From: Trichoplax adhaerens
Taxonomy: Eukaryota; Animalia; Placozoa
Assembly: GCF_000150275.1 (NCBI RefSeq)
Contig: NW_002060943.1
Span: 6,688,299 to 6,752,298 of the forward strand
Reading direction: 5' to 3'
Length of the DNA stretch: 64,000 nt
Below, in pieces: positions 13,847 to 24,200 of this stretch (position 1 is its first letter; each line of letters opens with the position of its first letter). The notes under the pieces are model-generated. The model made no database searches. It was not told the origin of the DNA and saw nothing but the letters and a program-made list of their open reading frames with translations. A program made the translations under genes and the position numbers.

Positions 13847-14339
13847 TGATTGAAGTTTTTCCCCAGCCACTTGAGAATGGTACACAATAGGTATCCTTAC
13901 TTCAAAGTTAGCAATTGGACACGAGGCAATGGAGAAGGTTTTTATGACATTATTTCACCATTATCATTGCTGATACCCCTCAAGTTGCCCAAGTCGGGCT
14001 TGCTTGCTTCAATATGGCGAGTGCAATTTTTTACACTCTGACAATTTCTATGGCAACTGTTAATAGGTCGCCAAGAAATCAGCCCAATGTCCTTGAAGCA
14101 GGTTGAGATGCTTCAAGTACGTTCTATTCTATTGTATTATGTTGAATGACAGTACACTCCTCAGCCAACGACTTCCCAGGAGATCTCGAGGACGTCAAGG
14201 TGGACAGACAGTGGCCGTGTTAACAATTGAAACATGCTGGAATGAGAAACACTGAATGCAATGGAAGTGCTGTGGCATGCTAACAGTACCGTAATACCCT
14301 TTAACAACAACGACTGCATCACAAACAAAAAGTTATTTT

Positions 14340-14750
14340 TCTAGCGTAATTTTCAGTACAAACTGTATAGTATCCATATGCAATTTTAGGGAAGTCACGC
14401 ATGACTTGCTGTACAACTGTATCATTTGCAATTACGAATACTGTATATTATACAGTAGATTACTATACGTGCAATGGTAGTATTTGTTCTTGGTAACTCT
14501 AAGTCTAACTCCTCGTCACTACGACTACAGTGTACACTGTACAGTGTACAGTACCTTACACTCTACCTTACTGTACACTGTACTGGACTGTACTGTACTG
14601 TAGTACAGTATGGTCCAAACGTCCAAACCATAGCCACTTCGTACGTAGTATACTATAGGTTTTCTGACAGTGCTGTACTTTACTATACAGCCACCATTTC
14701 TACCGGTAGAAATTGCGTGTAGTCCGTTAGTAGTGGATTTCCGGACTTGC
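14340..14750. promoter_or_regulatory. Putative bidirectional promoter (ZU5-DD gene / TXNL4A) dense in CTGTACA/CAGTAC palindromes
   Basis: Lies between head-to-head starts (13846 minus, 14831 plus). Contains the perfect 20-bp palindrome TGTACACTGTACAGTGTACA (14531-14550), the inverted repeat TACTGTATATTATACAGTA and a run of ACTGT units at about 14570-14610. Confidence 0.65.
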
Positions 14751-14830
14751 ATCTTTGGCGAAGGAGAGAGAACTCACTCTTTTCCCAATCACGCAATCTT
14801 CTTAAGTTAATCCCTACTTTAATAGCAACC

Positions 14831-15259
14831 ATGTCTTATATGCTACCTCATCTGCATAATGGCTGGCAAGTAGATCAAGCCATTTTAGGCGAAGAAGATA
14901 GAGTTGTCATTATTCGCTTCGGCCATGATTGGGATCCCACTTGCATGCACATGGATGAAATACTCTTCAAAATTGCCGATCGTGTCCAAAAGTTTGCTGT
15001 CACTTATCTAGTGGATATTACTGCTGTACCAGATTTTAACAAGATGTATGAATTATACGACCCTTGTACTGTGATGTTCTTCTACCGAAACAAGCACATC
15101 ATGATCGATTTAGGCACTGGAAATAACAATAAAATCAATTGGTCATTGCAAGACCCTCAAGAAATGATTGATATTGTTGAGACGGTGTATAGGGGTGCCA
15201 GGAAAGGTCGTGGTCTTGTAATCTCCCCTAAAGATTATTCAACGAAATACAGATATTGA
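14831..15259 (+). CDS. TXNL4A: Thioredoxin-like U5 snRNP protein Dim1, 142 aa, single coding exon
   Basis: MSYMLPHLHNGWQVDQAI..EEDRVVIIRFGHDWDPTCM...VPDFNKMYELYDPCTVMFF.RNKHIMIDLGTGNNNKINW...VETVYRGARKGRGLV.SPKDYSTKYRY is nearly the canonical Dim1 sequence. The ATG is in ACCATG context; the upstream extension in the ORF track starts at a non-ATG codon. Confidence 0.97.
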   Translation: MSYMLPHLHNGWQVDQAILGEEDRVVIIRFGHDWDPTCMHMDEILFKIADRVQKFAVTYLVDITAVPDFNKMYELYDPCTVMFFYRNKHIMIDLGTGNNNKINWSLQDPQEMIDIVETVYRGARKGRGLVISPKDYSTKYRY

Positions 15260-16738
15260 ATATGGATACGAAACTTTATCGACTGGAGCAACTGCCAATT
15301 ACTCTTAGTCAATACAATTACCAATTTTGTAGTGAAATTGGTGTGGTAGCTGTCTGACCATGATTGCTATAACGTCCAAAATACTATTCATTAATGGACG
15401 GATTTCAACTACGGTACAATTTCAAACCTTTGAACCAATGCGTTACTTGATTGCATTTCTGTAGACGAATTCCTATAATGTTTATACATAAAACTTACGC
15501 ACACATTGTAGCCTATCTAATATGGTATTTCAAAGTTTTGATCCTTTAAATAGCTGACCTACAATGATAATTGCGATATACCGGACATCCCATTTATTAA
15601 TTATGAGTACAGTATTAATTTATGATTCAGAATTTCAAGCTAGCCTTGATTCAACATTAGTATGTTATGTATACAATACTCTTATCAAAAATACGTACAT
15701 ATACCTAATCATGATACGGTTATCCCAATGGCTGTGTTATTCATGACATAAACGTGATCTAGCCGTTAGTTACGATGCTTTATCGTGTATTATCTCGAGC
15801 GACATAGTAATTGTAATGAAGCAGCATGATATCAGACTACCGTATTTGTATAACGAAACTGTGAAATCTAATCGGAATAGATTTTAGATTAAAATCCAAT
15901 GGATGTTGTAGTACGTTAATGTTGTATTATAATAACCTTATAATAAACTTAATATTAAATTATTTCTGCGACGGTATTGTGTACAAACCTTGTTTTTACT
16001 GCACATAACTTTGCTCAGAAATACCACACTATACTAATAACTTACGATAAAAGAACACATATTCTATATTGATTCTCCTGTTGCAAATTATGCGCCTTTC
16101 AATTTGAACAGACTAAGCTATTCTTAGCCTACCTTCCTTCAAAGATTGATCAGACAGCTATGATCATCATCCTATTCAACCATTTAATTAATCAGATACT
16201 GCTGCGTAAAGGCAAGATTCGAAATTTTTACTGCGTTTGCAGGTTTGATGTGGACGCGTAGAATCATTGCACGTATAGGTAAACGGTCTACTGTATATAT
16301 AGCTTCATAGAAATATACATGTCTCGATATCAAATAACCAACTGAACTTATCCTCTTTTATTGCATTTGAATAACATTTATAAAACATACAGTGGAGAAA
16401 AATTAATTGTAATATATATTTTCATATATATCTGTCTTACTTGAAATAGTACTCATGTATACTGTATATGCATAAGACGCCTAATAATCTATCAGAATAC
16501 ATAAGAATGTATACGCTGATCGATCAAAGACGAAGTCCTATATAAGATCAGTTAATACTATAGGTCAATAAAATACTTCCTAGGTATGCACAGAAATTCA
16601 TTAATAATCTGATACAGACTCAAAATGTTACAAAAATAGAAACACGTATGTTACAGCTATGTCTTTAGGACTTTGATTCTGCTACCTTCATAGATGCACT
16701 CCAACAGCAAAGTGCGCGGTGCTATACGAGACGTACGA

Positions 16739-19472
16739 TTAATTTACTCGATTTTTCATATCTGCTCGACTAAAGAGTATACAGCGAATAAAGTTATTAA
16801 TCAATAAGTACTTGACATCACATGAAATCTAAATTGTAAAATCTTTATTTTCATACCTGGTATTGAAGTGAAGGACAAGGTTTTGGACAGTCGTTAGAGT
16901 AGATTGGTCATTCTGACCGGTAATTAAATGCTTATCGACAACAACGTGAACACCAACACCGGCATTAGCTAAGACCGCATGAGTAGAGATGATAACAGTG
17001 ATCAGAAATAGGAGTAGTACTATACTACAGCGTATACGCATAGTATCCTGAATACATATACGTATGTTATGTTTGGCCCGGATAAAATTAGCTTAGTAGT
17101 TCGTATTATACAGTACTATAATAGTATAATATATAATATCTCGAATTTGTACGCGTATTTTATGTTTGTTGGCACACTAAAGACTTTAGTCACAGACCTG
17201 TATAGCTTGCACCATGTTCTCGCAAAAAATCTTCCAAGATAATTGGCATCATAGCAAAATCCGACCTCGATACCATTTCACGAACTGGAGGCTAAAATAG
17301 ATATTCACGTCTACAGCTTTAACTACATCTCTTATCGACATTTGCATATTTTTAAAATAAGAATACTACGGTACTGTCATAAGAATGAGGCATACCCTTG
17401 AAAATTAAAATTATGCTAAGGGATACTAAGTTATAAAATTACAGGTTACTTACTGGTAAATTTAGAAAAAGTTTTTAAGTCTCAGTCAACTGATACGATT
17501 CGCTTATGTAGCGTATTTACTGAAAATCTGTATACTTCGGTAATTTGTAATACTAAAGTCACAAGACTTACTGCAGTCAGAGAATATTCCCGTAACATCC
17601 ATGTACGTCCATCCATACTCATGGCAGAACATAAGGCAGCAACTCCGAAGCCGATTGCACATATCGGCTCTAATACGTGTAGAAATGTAATAGACGTAGT
17701 TAGTATTTTAGTTAAATATTCGCACAAAATGTGAGTTTAGATAATGTAATCTAGTGCATGTAAATTGAATAAAAGAGCATAGCTGGATGAAGAACCTTAC
17801 ATTTCAAAAATATTCATGAAAGTTCAAACTATTCATTTGCAGGTATGTACATTGTACACTGTACAGTGTACAGTAGGCTAGCGAAACTTACTTTTATCAG
17901 CAATGAAAGAATTTAAAATGTTCCCCAGTTCACGATGTGTAGATAAGTCATAAACAGCTCCGGGAGAATTAGGAATTAGCAATACAGAATAATCGGCCGC
18001 TGTATATTCAAAATTAATTAATATTACATTAATTTATTAATAATAGAGATGTTAATTAGATGAATTTTCTTGACATTAATAGCCATATTTGGAATGGATA
18101 ACAAAGTAAATGGACGCTCAGTGAGTGTTACAAGCTTGCTATGCTTGTTAGCAAACTGGAAAGTTGACAGAATAATTTCGCCTATGTACTTATTCGACTG
18201 TAAAGAGGCTCTATCAAATTAGGTTATCATTCATCGTGCTATGGCCTATGGATCATTATTAAGATAAGGTTGTAATAAACTTCAAAATCTACTAGCAGTT
18301 TGCATAGTCATTTCTATGGTATAACATAGTCTATCTGGCAAAACAGATAACCACGTATAATTACGGGAAAACAAGCTACGAACATTTTTTTTTCGAATTT
18401 TTTTACCAGTGGACAACTATAGAACATGCTACACAGTATAAGTGTAATTTAGTAACATCTATGACTAAATTATGGATGATACACAAACTATAATGCCGTG
18501 CATAGAAGGTATTCAGTACTCAAGATTACTCAAGCTACTTTATTAATCCAGCTGGCATCACTTTTTATCCGAGTATTTGAAAGTATCGATTGAAGGTGTT
18601 TACGGTTAAATTACTATTGAAGACTTATAAGATTCGTAACCAAGTACACAGACCGATAGAATTCAATTTTTATACCATTAACAGAATATGAATATGCTTG
18701 TATATATACACGATGATAAAATCATTTTTTACCATCCACAAGTTCCAGTTTCGTAGGTGTTGCAAACGATTTAGTGCGAAATTCGCTTATCCACCGTTTC
18801 GTATTTTCATCGATATCCACAAATTCTATCGGTTGGCCCTAATTATTAAATGAATACATGAAATACGAATGGCTATTACCATGACAGCAGTTTAAGTTCA
18901 CTCAATGGAAAATAAGCGTATGTTTTGAAAGATTTATACCAACCATAGGAGTTGCTAGTTGTACTTGAAACACTGAATGTGTTAAAGTAAACGAGTGGAT
19001 GAAAGAATGAGCTGAGACACCTACATCATAGTTAAGGGAATTTATTAGTATGATAGCAAGCACAATCATATGGAGTTGGATTGACCTATGCGAATTGGTG
19101 AGTTTGAGCATCAGCTGTCAAATGTAAGCTACAACGCGTATACTGTACTTATCCATAAGATCGCATTGGGTTAGTGGCTAGGGTTAGGGTTCGGCTACTT
19201 TAAAGTGCTAAGAAGATACCGTTCCCTTTGATGTAATTTCTTACAAAGTGATTGGTAAATTACTATGGAATGGTTTATTTTTAGTACTATACACAGTGCA
19301 GCAGACTTGTTAGCATGATTGAACAGTTTGATATTATTATTGCTGACTGGAAAATGTAGTCAAAAATTTCATAAGTAATCCACTGCAATTGAGTTCGTGC
19401 TATTGCATTGATGGTTAACTGACCTTGTTGTGCTGCAGATAAAACACATAAACATTGCGGTTTTTTAGCCAT
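16739..19472 (-). CDS. GATD1: Glutamine amidotransferase-like class 1 domain protein 1 (PDDC1; DJ-1/PfpI superfamily; FERRY complex subunit in mammals), about 224 aa, 8 exons
   Basis: Exons 19472-19424, 19020-18944, 18838-18733, 17999-17892, 17669-17572, 17291-17198, 16968-16857, 16769-16739 join in frame (675 nt): GVSAHSFIHSFTL...LATP..IEFVD...RWISEFR.KSFATP.KLE...LLIPNSPGA..DL...KPICAIGFGVAALC...YSLT...EDF...VHVVVDKHLITGQN..ST...VQNL. Gly in place of the DJ-1 nucleophile Cys, as in GATD1. The last exon is less certain (read-through stop at 16829). Confidence 0.93.
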
Positions 19473-19645
19473 AATTCACTTTTACCACTACGATAAGTAT
19501 ATACAATTTAAGAACTCTATCTGTGTCGGCTAGTCAACACTATCTACCGTTGCAGCAAAAGCAATCAGCAAACTATCTTGATAGCAGCTACTGTAGGCAA
19601 ATAAGTCTTGCAGATTCAATTCGCTACCCTACTAGCGAGCGATTG

Positions 19646-20440
19646 AAAGGGGTTGGTCGAAGGGCAGTCTCATCACCTACTCTACTCTGGATCAACAGTT
19701 GCTGCTGTATGACTGTGCAGTACTGCACCATGGACTAGAACTGTACACTGTCTACAGTGTACAGTCTGTGTAATACAGTATATTACAGACCATACTGTAC
19801 ACTGTGCACTGTGTAGTCTTCACGAAAGGGGTTGGTCGAACGGCAGTCTCATCATTTACTGTATCAGGAGTTGCTGCTGTATCAGTGTGCTGTGTACTGT
19901 ACCGTGGACTAGAACTGTACACTGTCTACAGTGTACAGTCCGTATAACACAGTATATTATAGACCATACTGTAAACTGTGCACTGTGTAGCATCCACTAA
20001 AGGGGTTGGTCGAACGGCAGTCTCATCACCTACTGTACTAGATCAAGAAATGCTTCTGTATCACTGTGCTGTACTGTACGCCTGTACTGAACCTTCGACA
20101 GGTGTATGTACTGTAGGTGTAGAAAGTGTCTACAATAATAGCACTCTAAAGAGAACTGGCCCACACTCAGGGTGTCTTATAAAAAATCTACGACGATTGA
20201 AATGATATGAAAACGTAATGTCAAGACCAAATTAGACAAACTTAGTATCAATCGATAGCTTAGATGTGTAAAAATGTACAGTACTGTAGATCATACTGTA
20301 CTGTACACTGTGCACTGTGTACTGTAGCATCCACTAAAAAGGGGTTGGTCGAACGGCAGTCTCATCACCTACTGTACGGTACTCTAGATCAAGAGTTGCT
20401 GCTGTATCACTGTGCTGTACTGTACCGTGGACTACTAGAT
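19646..20440. repeat. Four-copy promoter repeat (unit about 175 bp) with internal palindrome
   Basis: AAAGGGGTTGGTCGAA(C/G)GGCAGTCTCATCA starts at 19646, 19825, 19999 and 20338 (spacings 179, 174, 339). Units share GTTGCTGCTGTAT.A.TGTGC and GGACTAG-like blocks; copies 1-2 carry ACTGTACACTGT-CT-ACAGTGTACAGT. Confidence 0.93.
20168..20257 (+). mobile_element. Solo terminal-inverted-repeat-like relic of a DNA transposon (copy 1)
   Basis: Begins CAGGGTGTCT, resembling Tc1/mariner-type ends; aligns without gaps to 61055-61144 (63/90 identical by manual count). No partner TIR or transposase seen, so the transposon origin is inferred. Confidence 0.5.
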
Positions 20441-21275
20441 ACTAAGCCTGGTGTAGAAAGTATCTACAATACGGTGTGTTACAGACTATACTGTGCACTG
20501 TACACTGTACGCTGTGCACTGTACACTGTACAGTATACAGCGTACACGTCAGTACGTCAGAGCCGCTGCAATGTCAAGTCATCATGAACTGCAGTACTAC
20601 AGCTATGTTATCCACCATTGTTCACGCTATCATGTTGTACCAGAGCTACGACATTGGTCATAGCCAATTATTGTATAACATGTACGCCGCTTGTACGCGT
20701 CAGGGACTACCGACAAGAAAGAAAGGGCGACTGTTCAATAACTGTCATGGACAGGTTGACTATTTTGCTGGTCATTGGACTACAGTACAGATAGGATTAA
20801 CGAAGGAGCATTTTAGACAATAACTCGCTGTCTACAGTACAGCGGTGTGCTACGCCACCAGCGCTGAGTAAGCGTAGCGACTACGCTAGTACTATACGAT
20901 ACTATAGACCAAGAAAAGACAGACAGACAGACACCTCTAGGAGCAATAGCTACAAGTGCACATATGACTACTCCAACCACTTGTCTATGACGTTTGACTA
21001 CAATAGGGCACACCCTAGGGCCGGATGACTGATCAGTTAACGTCATACACTAGTAAGAGTACGTCCATCATTTGATACCCTCGTATCGCAATAATCTGCA
21101 GTAGGTGTCCAAACAATAACTAAACTTATTATTATTATTATAGTCAAGCATAACAACCCATCGTTGCTACTAGGGTAGTGCTAAAGTGACGCTTGGAGCG
21201 GATGACACTACGCCCTTCAAATAAAACTGTCTAGAGTGTCATCGCAAGTCATCCCGTTATCAACTCGTCTGCAAC

Positions 21276-24200
21276 ATGGCTCAAGTTAAGAAAGGTAGAA
21301 AATAAAAGCAATTTTAACCCTGTTGTTGAAGTCAATTCCGTTATCCTATCCTGTTGTTATTTTCTTGGTCTATCGTCGTTGTCATATTGCACATGACCAC
21401 TTCCATAGTGATATTCTTGTAGGATACCGTTATCACCTGATAGGATACTTGTCATCGTTGATAACGTAATCGTAATCCGTTATCAAATTGTTTTTCTTAG
21501 TTTCCTTTTTTCTTTTGGGTACTCTTTCTCTCTGCCAAGATAATACTTGTTTATTATCGAATGATAGAGTACAGCGTTGAATATCTTGTTATTAGATAAT
21601 AAAAAAAATGAATCCAAGTTGTTGAATCGAATAGCGTCAAAATGGATAATGTAATGAATCGGAGAGAGTGATATGCTTAGATAAGATTATAAATGCAAAC
21701 GATCCATTTTACAGATTATTCCAAAGCCATGATGGCGCTAGAAAAGTCATCTTGGAAAACGATCGAAACAACTATAGCAATGAGGAAGATCAGGAGATGT
21801 TAGCTGAAGTTCTGTCATTAATGAAACACAGACTATTTAAGAATGTTATGGACATTCAAGAAGATTATGCTAGGGTAAGACTTGTTCTAATAGCAATCGA
21901 TGAATCTTCCTATTAGCATTATTATCAATACGCGCATCGATCCTTTGTCGACACAAAAATAAACTCTTACACAAATTGCGGACAGGATCGCCCAAAAATT
22001 TCTTTCCGAGCAATTTCAAGGCTTGTCCAATCTTAACCATCCCGGAAAAATGTTACTTTGATCAAAATTTGTATTTTATTGTTGGCAGTTAAGATACAAT
22101 ATAGTTTATCAGTATGCTGCTTTCATTCGTTCCCTACAAACTTCATACAATCCAATGGTAGATCACATAGCAACAATAGTTCATCTAAGATGAATCAACT
22201 AAAAATAAACGGATCGACTACGATACCGTTCTTGTAAATTCCGATCAAATGACTATATTTCCTTACTCATAGCCAACGGTTGAAATCGAGTAGGTTACTT
22301 TACAAAATCCAAGAAAGTGAACTATTGTAGAGATTCCTTGTACGACAAGTACGCAAACAATAGTGATAGCACTTCATAAATTAACATCAAGCTATTCTAA
22401 ATACCTTTATTACAATCACTAAAAATCCATTAATCATTAATTAGTTAATAAAATACACAAATGCAATTACAGTTAAATGATTTCACATCTACCATTACCA
22501 CTTTCGAATATTGTTATGCTTAAGGAAGAAGCATTGAATTCTGTAGAATAAAATAACCAACTAGAATTAGGTACTCACTGATTGACATCAATTACTTCTT
22601 TAGCGATAATTTACAAACAATGTACCTGTCATAAAGCTACCATGATCGATTGATATGCGTCTTTTAGAAACCTAGTAATACTTACTATAGAACATCCTAT
22701 TCTATCATGTAGCACTAGTAAAATAGACGTCTTCAAACTACTAGAAATGGTAATCGCAATACGTAAGTTTTGATGATGGTGAATTCGATTTAAGCCAAGA
22801 TAGCTGATAAGTGGTAATAATCACGTAGAAATTTGTTGACATATTATGTCCGTGTCCGTAGTATCTATGTTGATAGCCCATAACATGAATGTCCAATTAA
22901 TTCTAGAGTTGCTTATATAACTTCAAGATTGAATTGGATATGACCTACATCGTAGTCTTTGTAGCTTGGCTAGTCCCCTAGGTTTGCTATAAATATCAAT
23001 AACGTTGTGATCAATCTTTTTTATTACAAATTAGACATAGTATTATACTATGCGACAGTTCTGACCATGTTAATAATAGCGTACAATCTATCATTTGCTT
23101 GACATCACATTTATTTTACATCCCTTTTCCTGACCGACTGATAACTTGGAACATTGGCATTTACTTTATTTGCAATCATATAAATAGTTACATCATATCG
23201 GATTGAGCGCAAATACATGACGCTATGCTTATTATAAACTATACCAATTTGTTGCTATGGATGATAGTTGAAGACATTTTGTCCAGCTGCTAGTTATTTT
23301 CCTTTTCATTGCATTACTCCTATCAAAACAACTGTAACGAATCGCATCATACAGTACTATATAAAGTCTATATTATCATCTGATGAATATTCTATTTATG
23401 TTGACAGCGAAATATAAATAACTCCTGTATTGCTACTGTCATCTTATACATTAGGGATGTAATTCAAATAAAAAATTAAAAATGATAAGATGACAGCTAC
23501 TGTGAAGATAGATCATGAATGATCAGTGTTGACAATCTATCCTATCGGCAGGTGCATCTGCGCAAAATAAACCAGTAGTCGGATAAATTTTCTACTCTAA
23601 AAATAAACTTGTCCATCTAACAATTCTCGTAGAACAGTAAAATTTATGCTTTACTACTGATCTGGTATCAATTTAGTAACAGTATCAAAATAACGTTATT
23701 ATTCTACAATATGCAATATATATATATATATGAATGCGATAAATTTTTTCGTACAGTTATATATAATTTATTCGATATTGACTTACTAGCCGGAGGCGTG
23801 ATTGCATACTTAAAAGTATGCAAAGAATAAATTCGACGAAACGTATGCTAGATAATTCAAATAGTTACATATAATGCTAAATCTATCTCGGCCCATGCTA
23901 TACCTTTTGAATACAACACAAGAGATACCTCTATAATATTTTAATATTTAATTGCAACTTTGGGGAACTGCGCTACTGCAACTTGAACAACTATCAAACT
24001 CAAATAATACACGGTAAAAAAATCCAAGTCAATCCACTACCGTAATTAAGATATCATCACAATTATCAAACCCTCTGATTTCTCATAGTAGCAGGGTATT
24101 TTAAAGTTAGCAATATTCACAAAACTACACTCGTATATTTGCAATAACCATGATTACATGTACATGTACCGTATACCTCTTACGTATTTTAATCTGCTCA

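Larger units (their letters stand above)
19500..21250. promoter_or_regulatory. Putative bidirectional promoter region (GATD1 / L27-PDZ gene)
   Basis: Between head-to-head ATGs at 19472 (-) and 21276 (+); GC-richer than the flanks and dense in ACTGTAC/GTGCAC motifs (e.g. 20488-20545); short (GACA)n near 20917-20933. Confidence 0.6.

Noticed and set aside
14747-14830. N-terminal extension of TXNL4A in the ORF track
   Set aside because: It starts at TTG; the conserved Dim1 start MSYMLPHL is at 14831.
19176-19192. Telomeric TTAGGG-like repeats in GATD1 intron 1
   Set aside because: Only about two units; expected by chance.
19646-20370. CRISPR-like array (30-bp conserved head repeated four times)
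   Set aside because: The intervening sequences are about 145 bp and homologous to each other rather than unique spacers; eukaryotic context; no cas genes.
19523-20823. C/T/V/Y-rich ORFs (19523, 19978, 20264, 20476; likewise 14474, 14525, 61438)
   Set aside because: They are translations of the CTGTACA repeats with no protein-family features.
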